Positions 21,524-32,644 of a stretch of DNA of 64,000 nucleotides are shown piece after piece (position 1 is the stretch's first letter; every line of letters begins with the position of its first letter). Made by a program: the position numbers and the translations under genes. Origin of the DNA: an uncultured Verrucomicrobiae bacterium (GTDB lineage Bacteria > Verrucomicrobiota > Verrucomicrobiia > Palsa-1439); the NCBI GenBank assembly GCA_963842185.1, contig CAWJFL010000018.1, positions 1,262 to 65,261 of the forward strand, read 5' to 3'. Below the pieces are notes generated by a model. That model was not told where the DNA came from. It ran no database searches and saw only the letters and a program-made list of their open reading frames with translations.

Positions 21524-23131
21524 ATGCACAATCGCGCGTGGGATAGGAATTCCGTGAGCACAGCGAAAGGCAAATCCGAGGACAACGCGCACGAGCAGGT
21601 GCGCGATTGGGAAAAGGTCAACCGGCTCAAAGCCGAGTTTCTGGCCAATGTCAGCCACGAACTTCGCACGCCCATCCACGCGATCATCGGCTATACCGAA
21701 TTGCTGCTCGACAGCGTGTACGGCCAGATCACCGATGAACAGGAAGACGCCGTTGGTTTCATCCGCGAAAGCGCCCAGGATCTCCTCAGTCTCGTCAACA
21801 ATCTCCTCGATCTTTCCCGCATCGAAAGCGGCCGCGCCGACCTGATTCTCCAATCGTTCGACCTGCGCGACCTCGTGAGCGAGGTGATCGGCCAGCTCAA
21901 GCCCGTCGCCGACGGCAAACACAACTCGCTGACTTCGGCCGTGCTCATCGACAATCCCGCCATTCGCACTGACCGCGGCAAGCTGAAACAAATCCTCATC
22001 AATCTCGTCGATAACGCGATCAAGTTTACCGACCACGGGAAGGTGACGATCGCGATCACCGCCGACCCGAATGCCAAGTCGGGCGACAACGACACGGCCC
22101 CCCGCGTCTCCATCTCGGTTCAGGACACCGGCATCGGCATTCCTGCCGATAAGCTGGGACAGATCTTTGAGAAGTTCTATCAGGTGGACAGCTCGGCGCA
22201 ACGTTCGCACGAGGGCACCGGCCTCGGTCTCTACATCACCAAACAGTTGCTGGATCTTCTCTCCGGGCGCGTGGACATTCACAGCACACCCGCCAAGGGC
22301 ACGACGGTTACAATCTCCCTTCCCCACAACTTCGAGGAAATCGAAGGCATTCAACGCTTACGCTCGCGGATTGCCGCGGCCAGCTCGGCGACACCGTCGA
22401 CAGGCGGTGGCGAAAAACGCCTCGTGCTCGTCGTCAGCGAGCAGCCCGACATTGCCCGCATCCTCGCGGCTGGACTCGGTTCGCGTGAATATCAGGTCCG
22501 CACCGCGCGCGACGGCGAAGAGGCTGTCGCGCTCGCCGTCAAGCTGCACCCGTTGGTGGTTCTGCTCGACGCGCACGCCTCCTCGGCTGAACTCTGGTCG
22601 GTGTTCCAGGAGTTGAAGACCAAACCCGAGACCAACAACATCCCCATCATTTTCCTGTCCAACGACGCCACGAGCGCCTTGGGGACGCCATCAATGGTCG
22701 CCACCGCGCCCAGCCCGCGCGACGTGTTGCGTAGTGTCCGCACCGCGGCGATCAACGGCAGGAAAAACGTGCTGATTGTGGACGACGAAGAGAGCTTTCG
22801 CGATGTGCTCAAGTGCGTCCTGGATGGAGAAGGTTACCGTCTTTACGAAGCCGCCACGGGTCGGGAAGCGATCGCCAAGTTGGAGGCCGACAAACCCGAT
22901 CTGGTCCTCCTCGATTTGAACCTGCCCGATACGGATGGCTGGGGTGTCATGCAATACATGACGCAACGCCCCAAGTTCAAGGACGTGGAAGTACTGATCA
23001 TCTCGGGCCTGATGCTCGATGAGCGCGAGACCGCGGAAATCGAGACCCGCGAATACGAATACATCTACAAGGGTGAGTTCAAGGTGGACCATGTGCTGGA
23101 ACGGGTCGCTGACCTCTTGGAGGTGAACTGA
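21524..23131 (+). CDS. Cytoplasmic hybrid histidine kinase (HisKA-HATPase-REC-REC)
   Basis: FLANVSHELRTP, NLVDNAIKFT, DTGIGI, GTGLGL and two receiver domains. No TM or sensor domain. Confidence 0.93.
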   Translation: MHNRAWDRNSVSTAKGKSEDNAHEQVRDWEKVNRLKAEFLANVSHELRTPIHAIIGYTELLLDSVYGQITDEQEDAVGFIRESAQDLLSLVNNLLDLSRIESGRADLILQSFDLRDLVSEVIGQLKPVADGKHNSLTSAVLIDNPAIRTDRGKLKQILINLVDNAIKFTDHGKVTIAITADPNAKSGDNDTAPRVSISVQDTGIGIPADKLGQIFEKFYQVDSSAQRSHEGTGLGLYITKQLLDLLSGRVDIHSTPAKGTTVTISLPHNFEEIEGIQRLRSRIAAASSATPSTGGGEKRLVLVVSEQPDIARILAAGLGSREYQVRTARDGEEAVALAVKLHPLVVLLDAHASSAELWSVFQELKTKPETNNIPIIFLSNDATSALGTPSMVATAPSPRDVLRSVRTAAINGRKNVLIVDDEESFRDVLKCVLDGEGYRLYEAATGREAIAKLEADKPDLVLLDLNLPDTDGWGVMQYMTQRPKFKDVEVLIISGLMLDERETAEIETREYEYIYKGEFKVDHVLERVADLLEVN

Positions 23132-23133
23132 CC

Positions 23134-23889
23134 ATGCCAACCCTCTTGCTGGTGGAAGACAATCTCCACATTCAACGGATTTTTCAGGACAAGCTCCAGC
23201 GCGAGGGCTTCCGCGTCTCGACGGCCGACGATGGCGCTGCCGGTTTGGAACGCGCGGCGGAAACTCACCCCGACGCGATCTTGCTCGACATCATGCTGCC
23301 GAAGCTCGACGGATTCCAAGTGCTCACGAAACTGCGTGAGGACCCGGCGCTCTGCAACATCCCCGTGTTCATGCTGTCGAACCGCGCCTCCAACAACGAC
23401 GTGCAGCATGCCACGTCACTCGGCGCTCGCCATTTCTTCGCCAAGGGCACCTCCAAGCTCCAGGACATCGCCCTCCACCTCCGGTCGGCGTGCGGACTGA
23501 AGAAGATCCTCCTGTTCACCAGCAGCGCCCAGACCGCCGCGCCCATCATAAGCGCCGTCGATCACCCGCAGGTCCTCTGCTCCGTTGTCACCGTCCTGTT
23601 GGAAACTGTTGGCGCCGCCGAACGCGGCACTCCCGACTTGATCATCATCGACGGGCGCGCGCCGAACGCGTTCACCCTTCTGCAGCAACTCAAAACGAGC
23701 CCCCAAGCGCGGACGGTGTCGCTCATCGCCATCCGGGACCACAGCCAGACACAACATCGCCTCGACGAATTCATCGACAGCGACCGGATTGACACTGACC
23801 TCCGACCTCTCGTGCTCAAAAGATTGGGACTGGCAGAACCGGCCGCAGCGACGCCGTCTCATCCGGAGCCGGCCATCGCGTCCGTGTAG
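23134..23889 (+). CDS. Response regulator (REC plus degenerate REC)
   Basis: LLLVEDN..LLDIMLPKLDG..FAKG. Confidence 0.88.
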   Translation: MPTLLLVEDNLHIQRIFQDKLQREGFRVSTADDGAAGLERAAETHPDAILLDIMLPKLDGFQVLTKLREDPALCNIPVFMLSNRASNNDVQHATSLGARHFFAKGTSKLQDIALHLRSACGLKKILLFTSSAQTAAPIISAVDHPQVLCSVVTVLLETVGAAERGTPDLIIIDGRAPNAFTLLQQLKTSPQARTVSLIAIRDHSQTQHRLDEFIDSDRIDTDLRPLVLKRLGLAEPAAATPSHPEPAIASV

Positions 23890-23927
23890 ACGTCGCACCG
23901 ATACGGACGACAAGTTGCTTGTCGCGC

Positions 23928-24533
23928 TCAGCTCCGCGCCCGGTGACCAATGCCGAGCCGATGTGCGAACGCCAATCCGCAAAGGCCCACACCCACCAGC
24001 CAGAGAGAGCCGGGTTCTGGAACCACGAGTTCCAAGCATGGCTCGTTGGGTTTGCATCCCGAATCCGTAAGGTCGGGACCCGAACCGTCGCACTCGACGA
24101 TCCACTGCCACGTGTTCGGATTGTGCGGGTTCTCAACCTTATAGGTAATGAAGCTGTCCATGCTCCAGCCAGGAAGCGTGTTCCCCGGGCCACCCGATGT
24201 GTTGCCACTCCCGTAGTTGTCGCCGTTCACGTAATCAAACCCGGAGTAACCCGGAAGGCTGTCCTTCCCCCCCGTCGGAGTAAACTCTACCGAGCTGCCA
24301 CATTGCTGCAGTTGGAGGGACGTGGAGAAGTCAAGGACATCAAAACTATCTTCAAAATCCCACCGCCCCGATGGCGACGTGAACTCTCCTCCGCCGGTTA
24401 GCCCGGTGCCGCAGATCGTCAGCGCGAACGACGTGGTGGAATCGCTGGACCACGTGACGACCGCGAAAGCGCGCGACGCGACGCAGGCAAACGCCACACT
24501 CGAACTCAGCAGGATTAATCGCAGATTTTTCAT
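23928..24533 (-). CDS. PEP-CTERM secreted protein
   Basis: Signal peptide. C-terminus VPEPGSLWLVGVGLCGLAFAHR. Confidence 0.8.
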   Translation of the reverse strand: MKNLRLILLSSSVAFACVASRAFAVVTWSSDSTTSFALTICGTGLTGGGEFTSPSGRWDFEDSFDVLDFSTSLQLQQCGSSVEFTPTGGKDSLPGYSGFDYVNGDNYGSGNTSGGPGNTLPGWSMDSFITYKVENPHNPNTWQWIVECDGSGPDLTDSGCKPNEPCLELVVPEPGSLWLVGVGLCGLAFAHRLGIGHRARS

Positions 24534-25110
24534 AAGTCGGATTCGACGGTCCCCTTTACAACGTTGAGATTACTTCTTAGTGGCAGGGGAACTGAAGACG
24601 TTCGGTCACGCCCAGTGAGGGCATACCAAACGCAGAGAGGAACAACACTTCGCCCGTGTCGCAGTTCATAGATCCCTATTTCCCTACCACGATACTGCCG
24701 TGAGCCCACCTCAGGCTCGCGGTGATAATAGCACACTCCGCCCTTTGTATCAAGTGAGGGCCAAACAAGCCACCAGTGTAGAAAATCTACAGCTCTACTC
24801 ACGGCATTGCAACCATCTACCGCGCAAGCACTAACGATCAATGTCGCCACACCGATTGGTCTCCTCAAAAAAAATCTCAGCAACATGGCCCGCGGGCGGG
24901 AACCCTGTACGCTGCCCACGTTTCGCCGGCCCAACCCGCCAGACACCACGATGGAGCCCTCGGTCACGTGGCGACGCCGAGTTCTGCCAGAAGGCAACCA
25001 CGATGTGCCCGGGCACGACTCGCTGTCCCCATTTGCAATTGACCCACGATTTGGACATAGTATTGTCAACCTCGGATGGGTGGCGGTCAAAACCTCCGCC
25101 AAGTTGAGTT

Positions 25111-25950
25111 GTGGGAAGCAGGGAAGGTCGGTTGAACTCAAAGAGCTTTTTTTTGTCGTTGGTGATGGCACTCGGGTTTTTGGGGACTGCGCAGGCCCAG
25201 ATCTATTTCGTCTCCACGCCCGTGAATGGTTACGTCCAACTCGCTGTCGAAGACGCGGCGGGCTCCGCGTCGGCTTGCAGCTCGGGCAATGCCGGGTTCG
25301 GCACCCTCAACGACACCGTGTATCTCGACCTAAATGCCGACACAATCCGCGAAGTCGGCTCCGTGTCGCTCGGAGGAGGCGGAAGCTTTTCGTTCGACGA
25401 TGGCCGGATTGTGGACGGGTCCAACGGCCTGCAATTCGTCGCCGCCAACGTCACCCTTAACCTGAGCGTGCCGAGCGCCCTGTCCTTCGACACAGGCGTT
25501 CAACCGTTACTCTGGGTTCCCGCCATCCAAGGCTACGAATTCACCGCCCCGCTCGGGTCGGTTCCGGTCACCGGCACTTATTCCGTGGTGACCGGAGGCC
25601 AAACGTATAACGGAGCGTTGAACTACAATCTGTATACGGGAATGCTCCTGCTGTTTCAGCAAATCTCCACCTCGGGCTATCCGGTCTTCGTCACCCTCGC
25701 CGGCCTCAACGGCGGTGAACTCCAACACCCCGGCCCGCAACTGGTCTATTTCACCGCGTTGGACGGGCTCAACATCGAACTTCAGGCGGGCGAGCAGGAC
25801 GGCACCTACAGTTACGGGTGGAACCTCAATCCCTTTGAGATTGAGGCCGATCTCGTTCCCGAACCCGGCACCGTTGCACTCGTTGCTCTCGGCACGTGCA
25901 CGCTCATCGCGCTCCATCCCCGGCGTCGACGTCGCCGCCGGGAATCCTGA
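25111..25950 (+). CDS. PEP-CTERM secreted protein
   Basis: Signal peptide ending AQA. C-terminus VPEPGTVALVALGTCTLIALHPRRRRRR. Confidence 0.82.
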   Translation: MGSREGRLNSKSFFLSLVMALGFLGTAQAQIYFVSTPVNGYVQLAVEDAAGSASACSSGNAGFGTLNDTVYLDLNADTIREVGSVSLGGGGSFSFDDGRIVDGSNGLQFVAANVTLNLSVPSALSFDTGVQPLLWVPAIQGYEFTAPLGSVPVTGTYSVVTGGQTYNGALNYNLYTGMLLLFQQISTSGYPVFVTLAGLNGGELQHPGPQLVYFTALDGLNIELQAGEQDGTYSYGWNLNPFEIEADLVPEPGTVALVALGTCTLIALHPRRRRRRRES

Positions 25951-26043
25951 CGGCCCGTTGGACGTCGGCAGATAGCTGAAAAGCCGTGGCGACTCGATTC
26001 GCCATTGGAATCGGTCGGGATGCCCACCGTTTCCTCCAACCAG

Positions 26044-27063
26044 CTACTGTCCCGTGGTAAGTACTACCCGAAACCGGGCTTTGCCGCCCATCATACGCTC
26101 ATACGCTTCGCCCGCTCGCTCCAGCGGATACACTTCATTCATCGACCGCACTCCGCTGAACGCACTGAATGCCAGCGCCTCCTGCGAATCAATCGACGTA
26201 CCGGAATACCAGCCTTTCACCGACCGCCGTCCCGTAATGAGCAGGCCCGGTGACACCTCGACCGACTTGGGAGCCCCGACGACAAGCAATGTTCCATTCA
26301 CGCCCAGGCCACCCAGCGTCGCGGTCATCGCCTCGCCGTTGGTCACCGTGGCAAGAATGACTTTGGCGCCTCCCAACTTCGCCAGTTCCGCCGCCGGATC
26401 CTGCGTCTGGCTGTCGATGTAATGCCACGCACCCAGTTTCCGGGCCAGCGCTTCTTTGTCCTTCCCGCGCGCGATGCCCACCGTCTTGAAACCCATCTTC
26501 GCGGAGAACTGCACGCCCAGATGACCGAGTCCGCCGAGCCCGAGAATGGCGACGACATCACCCGCTCGCGCCCCGCTGTTCCGCAACGCGTTGAACGTCG
26601 TGACGCCCGCGCACATCAGCGGCGCGGCCTCCACGCCCGACAACCCGTCGGGGACCGCCGCCAGCCCTTCGACGGGAGCGATCATGTAGTCGGCGTACCC
26701 GCCGTCGTATGTGATGCCCGTAACCTGCAGGGCCAGTTGACACGCAAAGAAATCGCCGCGCCGGCACGAATCGCACCGCCCACAGTGTCCGCCATGCCAA
26801 CCCACTCCCACCCGCTGGCCCACCGTCCAGCCCGCCACGCCCGGCCCGACCGCATCCACCACCCCGACCACCTCATGCCCCGGCACGCGTGGGTACTGAA
26901 GCCCCGGCCAACGGCCCTCTTTCGCCAACGAGTCGCTATGGCACACGCCACAGGCCTGCACCTTGATGCGCACCGTTCCCGTGCGCGGCACCGGGATCTC
27001 GCGTTCCACCATTTCCAGCGCTCCCCCCGCCCGCGCCACTTGTACGGCTCTCATCTTCGCCAT
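26044..27063 (-). CDS. Zinc-dependent alcohol dehydrogenase
   Basis: GVCHSD, PGHE, CGRCDSC..C structural zinc site, GLGGLG. Confidence 0.95.
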   Translation of the reverse strand: MAKMRAVQVARAGGALEMVEREIPVPRTGTVRIKVQACGVCHSDSLAKEGRWPGLQYPRVPGHEVVGVVDAVGPGVAGWTVGQRVGVGWHGGHCGRCDSCRRGDFFACQLALQVTGITYDGGYADYMIAPVEGLAAVPDGLSGVEAAPLMCAGVTTFNALRNSGARAGDVVAILGLGGLGHLGVQFSAKMGFKTVGIARGKDKEALARKLGAWHYIDSQTQDPAAELAKLGGAKVILATVTNGEAMTATLGGLGVNGTLLVVGAPKSVEVSPGLLITGRRSVKGWYSGTSIDSQEALAFSAFSGVRSMNEVYPLERAGEAYERMMGGKARFRVVLTTGQ

Positions 27064-27119
27064 AATTGCCTCCAGTCGCTTTCTGGTCCGGAACGTTTCT
27101 GCCCTGTGGCAATGCCTCG

Positions 27120-27658
27120 CTAGGAATTCCGTCCCAAAGTCACACCAGCTCGTTTGAGTTTGGCTCTGAGTTCTTCAGTTGCACGCTTCTGCACTTCTCC
27201 ATTATCGGTATAATTTCCTCTTTCGGCCGAAGTTCCCACAAGGAAAACATCGTAGGTCAACGTCTCTCCGCCCCGTGTAGATGCGTGAGTAGATAAACCG
27301 GAAAGAAACGGTTTGTTGGGATCAGCGTCGTCATCCGTTTCAGTCTGAACTCGTTTACCGGCGTAGTCCGTAGCCGATAACTTGAACCACCGATTTGGAG
27401 GTATGGACTTCCTCACAAGAAGAAGGCCGATTCCGGAGGAACGATGATCCGAATCTTGCCCTGTTGCTCAACCAGTTCTTCACTCCGACTCAAGTCATGC
27501 ACCACGTAAATGTACCCGTGATAGTTTGGCGGTAGCACAAACTCCAAAGTTAGCTGGGGCGGCTCACACCCATGACACAGGATGGCCGTGAACACCATGG
27601 CAACCCACTTGGCGACAATTCGAGGGGGTCGTGCTGATTTGGAGCCAGGTCTGGTCAT
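27120..27658 (-). CDS. Hypothetical lipoprotein, apparently frameshifted near 27415-27430
   Basis: Lipobox-like ILCHGC followed by EFVLPPNYHGYIYVV. Continues in the overlapping ORF 27120-27416. Confidence 0.5.
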
Positions 27659-27681
27659 TGCAGTAACTTGGCTCTCACTTG

Positions 27682-29516
27682 CTACCCCGCCGCCGCGTCC
27701 ACTTCCAACTCATCCAGCCGTTCTTCAATCGTCACCGCCGTGGATTGGACACGACACAAGTTCGCGTACAGGCCGCCGAGGGCCATCAATTCCTCGTGTG
27801 TGCCGCGTTCGATGATGTGACCGGCCTTCAACACGAGGATCTGGTCGGCGTTGCGGACCGTGGATAGCCGATGCGCAATGACGAAGCTCGTGCGGTGCGC
27901 CATCAACCGTTCGAGCGCTTCCTGAATCAGTTTCTCCGTCGCGGTGTCGACGCTCGCGGTCGCTTCGTCCAGAATCAGAATCGGCGGGTCTTTCAGCAGC
28001 GCCCGCGCGATGCTCACCCGTTGTTTCTCGCCCACACTGAGCTTCACGCCGCGTTCGCCCACGCGCGAATCGTATTTCTCGGGCAACCGCATGATGAACT
28101 CGTGGCAGTTCGCCGCCATCGCCGCCTCGATCATCTCCGCCTCGCTCGCGTCGAGCCGGCCATACAAAATGTTCTCGCGAATCGTGCCGTTGAACAGAAA
28201 CGCCTCCTGCGACACGATGCCGATCTGTCGCCGCAACGATTCCAGCGTCACCTCGCGAATGTCCTGCCCATCGATGAGAATCTGTCCCTGCGTCACGTCG
28301 TAGAACCGGGGCAGCAGATTCACAATCGTGCTCTTGCCCGCGCCCGTCGGGCCGACCAATGCGACCGTCTCGCCAGGCCGTGCGTGAATGTCGATCCCGC
28401 TCAGCACCGTCAGGTTCGCCCGATACTCGAATCCGACGTGGCGAAATTCGACCTCGCCGCGTACGCGCCCGCTCAACGTGGCTGCGCCTTGTTTCTCGCC
28501 AACCTCGACCGGCGCATCGAGAATATCAAAGACGCGTTCGCCCGCCGCCCGCCCCGCCTGGAACATCTGGTTCAGGCCGTGCAAGGCGCGCACCGGATCG
28601 TAGAACATGCCGAGATAGACTAGGAAACCGACAAACTGTCCCAGCGTCAGCCGGTCCGCGATCACCGCGCGTCCGCCGAACCACAACACGATGACGTATC
28701 CCAGCGCGCCCGCAAACGTCATCGCCGGCGAATAAATCGACCACGCGCGTCATCACCTTGAGCGTGGCGGTACGAAGATTGTCCGCCTTCCGCTCAAATC
28801 TCGACAACTCGTGCGGTTCCCGCGCCAAATCCCTTGATCTGGCGGATGCCCTGCAGGTTGTCGAGCAGCAGCGCGTTCAACGCCGAGGTCGCCTGCCGCA
28901 CGAGCCGATAGCGTTTGTGCGCCGTCAGCGTGTACATCAATCCGCCGGCCGCCAGCAGCGGGATCGGCAGGATCGCCAGTGCGGCCAGATGCGGGTTGAA
29001 CCGAAACATCATATAGCCCACACCGACAATACTCAGCACCGCGACCGTGCCCTGTTCGATGCCGTCAATCAGCACGCGCTCGACGGCGTTGACATCGTCG
29101 ATCACGCGCGTCATCAGGTCCCCCGAGGCGCGTTGGTCGTAATACTTGACCGACAGCCGCTGGAGTTTGTCGTACAAATCCCGCCGCAAATCGAAGATCA
29201 CCCGTTGCTCGAAGCGGTTGTTGAGCTGGAGGCGCAACGCGTTGAACAGGTCGCGCAGGAAAAATGACAACAGCACGAGCCCGGTGTACAGCGCCAGCAA
29301 CCCGCCCCGCTTGGCGCGGATCACTTCGTCAATGACCAACTGCGTCAACTTCGGAAATGCCAGGGTGGACAGGGTCGTCACCACCGCGCACCCCATCGTT
29401 CCGACTGCGTACCACGGATAACGGCGCACGTAGGCGAAGATGCGCGTGAAAATCTCCCGCGCACTGCGCCGCCGCGCCACCATCGTCTCGTCGTTGACCG
29501 TATCGTGCCGGTGCAT
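27682..29516 (-). CDS. ABC exporter permease/ATPase (MsbA/MdlB-like), frameshifted near 28740-28830
   Basis: TMD in 28794-29516, bridging frame 28526-28828 (AREPHELSRF), NBD with GPTGAGKST, LSVGEKQR and LDEAT. Confidence 0.88.
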
Positions 29517-29678
29517 TTCCGTTTAGATTAACCGAGACCGCCAAACGGTTGCACGGAGATTCAGATTTTTGACGGCATGAACCCGACTCACCGTGACATC
29601 GTCGACGACGGCATGTGTCACAGCCAGGCCATCGGACCCCTTCCGCGGATTATTCCACCGTGGCGCGCCTTGCGCGCC

Positions 29679-30132
29679 CTACTTCTCTTCCAGCCAATCG
29701 AGCACCTTGCTGGGCTCGCTACCGAAGAGCACGCGGACCGCGATGCGGATTTCGTCACGGGATGACGGGGAGCGCTGCCATCGTTGCCGGAGCCCTTGGA
29801 ACCATGGGTCGTACGGTTTGACGGTGCGATAGACGCCGTGTCGTTCGGCGACCTTGGGCGTGCGGCCGCCCGACAGGAGCTTGCGCATCTGGTCGAGCTT
29901 GATCGGCTTCGCGGTGAACGTCTCGGCCGGGCAGGCCCAGACGATAGGCGATGGATTCAATCCCTTTCATCGACGGCAGGCGATTGCCGGAGCTGAAATC
30001 GCTCACGGACCCCTGGCTGATGCCAAGTTCCGCGGCGGCCTCCATCTGCGTCCAGTCCGCCGCCTCCATCAGCATGCGGAAGTTGGCTGTGAATAGACGG
30101 CGTGAATCGGAATCTGATTTTGATCTTGACAT
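29679..30132 (-). CDS. XRE-family HTH repressor-like protein, frameshifted near 29930
   Basis: WTQMEAAAELGISQGSVSDFSSGNRLP HTH. C-terminal part is in the 29679-29960 frame. Confidence 0.7.
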
Positions 30133-30365
30133 GGTTATCTCCTTTCGATATGCGGAGCTATGATATGACGTATGTGTGCTTGCATCGGCTTGCTGTGGAA
30201 GCCAACCACAATCCCCCCGCCAATTCAAGCACGAAACGACGAAAGTTTAAATTCCGATAGCCCCCGGGTCCACAACGACTGATGCGCCGCGCGACAAAGA
30301 GAGCCAAGTACGGGAAATTGCCGAAGTCAGGGTCATCCGTTTTCCGACAATTGTGGTTCGTCCAC

Positions 30366-30593
30366 ATGACCCCCTCGCCCGACAATTCTGAAGTTCATCT
30401 GCGCCTGGAACGGCCCGCCGCCTGGGTGTGCGTGGTGGACGCGTCGGAATTGATCACCTGCTCCGTCCAAAAAGTCCACAACCTTTGCGAGGAAGGATCC
30501 TTGGAATGGCGATGGCTCGACCACAAAGGCGCCGGCGGCAAGAAACTCATTCTCGTTGACTCGATCCAGCGCTATATCGCAAAAAAATCCTAG
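30366..30593 (+). CDS. Small excisionase-like HTH protein
   Basis: VCVVDASELITCSVQKVHNLCEEGSL..ILVDSIQRYI resembles HTH_17. Confidence 0.55.
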   Translation: MTPSPDNSEVHLRLERPAAWVCVVDASELITCSVQKVHNLCEEGSLEWRWLDHKGAGGKKLILVDSIQRYIAKKS

Positions 30594-30790
30594 CGCCAGA
30601 CCGTCCCACGAACAACCCGCGCGGCGCTGGCCAGTATCCGCGCGTTGCCACCGGTTCGACAAACTGTCCTGTCGGACATGCCGCCCATGCCATCGTGTCA
30701 GCCGTGCCGACAGCACGAATGCACAGGTTCTTCGTGCAATCTCCTTCACCTGAGGGGCTTGCATCACCACACAAAAGGGTTCCATCGCGC

Positions 30791-30806
30791 TGGCACTGGC
30801 TATGCA
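30791..30806 (+). promoter_or_regulatory. Sigma-54 promoter
   Basis: TGGCACTGGCTATGCA, with TGCCATCGTGTCA upstream at 30688-30700. Confidence 0.7.
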
Positions 30807-30853
30807 GTAACTATCAACGTTGCGGGAGTATATTGTCAGGAAGCGTAAAGTTT

Positions 30854-31075
30854 ATGAGTCAACATGTGCTGAAAATCTCGACTCCGGTGTTCCGTGCGCT
30901 GCGGCAACGAGCCCCTCTGTTTGTCACTTGGTCTGACGAAAAACCGGGTTCCACACAACAAATCGTCCTCGACGACGACGTCTACAACGAAATCATCGAC
31001 CGAGCCATTGCCAAACGAAAGACGATCGACGACGTCTTTCTGGAAGCCTGTGCGAGAAACTGTGGACGCTCCTGA
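30854..31075 (+). CDS. Hypothetical protein (73 aa)
   Basis: ATG ORF about 50 bp after a sigma-54 promoter, with protein-like composition. Confidence 0.55.
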   Translation: MSQHVLKISTPVFRALRQRAPLFVTWSDEKPGSTQQIVLDDDVYNEIIDRAIAKRKTIDDVFLEACARNCGRS

Positions 31076-31299
31076 CCCGGGCAACCGGCTCGGATAGCGG
31101 CGCAGAACCGCTCTGCCAGGGAGTTTCCCCCGCACGGCGACAGACGCCAACAAGAGACCACAGTGTGCCGCACTTTTGGAGCGCCACCCGTTGCACTTTC
31201 TAGCCGCCCTTTACGCCTCTGGGCTGACCACCTCAATTGGCCAGCGCAGGATTGGGTTGGGCATCGCCGTCGCACCCAATACAGATAGGACCAACGGCT

Positions 31300-31788
31300 T
31301 CACGGCTTCCATGGTGGCCTCCGTATCACGACAATCGACTCAGGCGTATTCGTTTCGCCACCCGTCTGGATGGTCCCATCGCCAATGAGGATGAACCTTC
31401 TCAAGCTTCGTGCGGCCCCGGTTGGATCGACTTTCTCGGGTACGCCACCCCCGGGGTCACATTCATCGAGTTGGCGCGAGTAATGGTAAGCGACGGCCAT
31501 CTCGGTGAGTTGTCGCTTGAGTTTTCCCAGCCGCAAGTCGCGCTCTTGCTTCGCCAGATCACATGCGTGCCGACGAGCCACGGGATTGGCAATCGCCTCA
31601 GCGGCCTCTAATCGGGCTTGATAGTCGTTTTCAATGAACGCGCTTTGCACCTCGCCATACCCTTCGATCAAGAGGGAAAACGCCCTGTCCTGATTCTCCA
31701 ATTCCGGCGCGGCTTCGACCGGCACGCAGAGGAACAGCGTTGTCACGACGGTGGCCACAAGAAACGGCCTGAATAGCACTGCGTTCAC
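31300..31788 (-). CDS. Hypothetical secreted protein
   Basis: Signal-like N-terminus (RPFLVATVVTTLFLCVPVEA), helical body. Confidence 0.5.
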   Translation of the reverse strand: MNAVLFRPFLVATVVTTLFLCVPVEAAPELENQDRAFSLLIEGYGEVQSAFIENDYQARLEAAEAIANPVARRHACDLAKQERDLRLGKLKRQLTEMAVAYHYSRQLDECDPGGGVPEKVDPTGAARSLRRFILIGDGTIQTGGETNTPESIVVIRRPPWKP

Positions 31789-31825
31789 AATAATCCCCTC
31801 GTCGAGCCCGAATACGTCACAGGAA

Positions 31826-32296
31826 TCAGCGAAAGATTTCGGCGATGAAACCCTGAATGCATTGTTCAAGTTTCTCCGCGTCCAGTTCGGATAGTTCAAT
31901 CTCCTCCAACTGGAGTTTCGCATCACGCAAATATTCGGTGAATATAACCACCCGGAACGTCGTTTTCTTCAGACAAAACTCCAATTTCGGGCAAGGTTGA
32001 CGCAGCCGGCGAATGCGTACACCGGGTTTCTGGGCAACGACCATTTCGACACTCACAACGAATGGCCGCTCCTCGGTATACTCATGCCGATGGATTTCAA
32101 CCGCACAACTCTCTTTTAACAACTCCGCCGCTTTGTTGAATATCGGAATGATGCCGGACTCGACGATCTGATTGAATCGCGCGACCGCTCTCTTCTCCAT
32201 CTGTTCCGACTGTTCGACGGCGGCAACCGCCCGTTCCCGGCGCTTGCGGTAAGCATTGACGGTACCCCTGACTCTTTCCTCAAATTGCAGACTCAT
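31826..32296 (-). CDS. Hypothetical protein
   Basis: 156-aa ORF in a tightly packed co-oriented gene run. Confidence 0.55.
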   Translation of the reverse strand: MSLQFEERVRGTVNAYRKRRERAVAAVEQSEQMEKRAVARFNQIVESGIIPIFNKAAELLKESCAVEIHRHEYTEERPFVVSVEMVVAQKPGVRIRRLRQPCPKLEFCLKKTTFRVVIFTEYLRDAKLQLEEIELSELDAEKLEQCIQGFIAEIFR

Positions 32297-32340
32297 GTCC
32301 TGAGAATCCTTTCCCCAGATCAAGCACGCGCACACGGCCA

Positions 32341-32643
32341 TCAGCGCTTCGCCCGGAACGGTAGTGTCGCTTCATCTTTCCTTTGTTGTGAAACTCTGTG
32401 CGTCACCAGCGCGTCCAGAGCCTCTTCGACACGCTTTCGGAATTCCTCACAGCAGGTAATGACTTCCATGCTGAAATCGTCGAAACTTTCACCCGCCATC
32501 TCCACCTTGGCGTTGGTGAAGTGGTGGGGACACTGCATCTGTGAAGCCAGGCCCGCACAGCTTCGTTTGACCCGCTCGAATTCGGCGTCGAACTGTCCGC
32601 TCAATCCGATCCCCCCCTTTACCGCATACCGATCCCTTGACAT
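32341..32643 (-). CDS. Hypothetical protein with CPHH and CC motifs
   Basis: QMQCPHH..VITCCEEF. Starts 1 nt after the stop of the RlpA-like gene. Confidence 0.55.
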   Translation of the reverse strand: MSRDRYAVKGGIGLSGQFDAEFERVKRSCAGLASQMQCPHHFTNAKVEMAGESFDDFSMEVITCCEEFRKRVEEALDALVTHRVSQQRKDEATLPFRAKR

Positions 32644-32644
32644 C

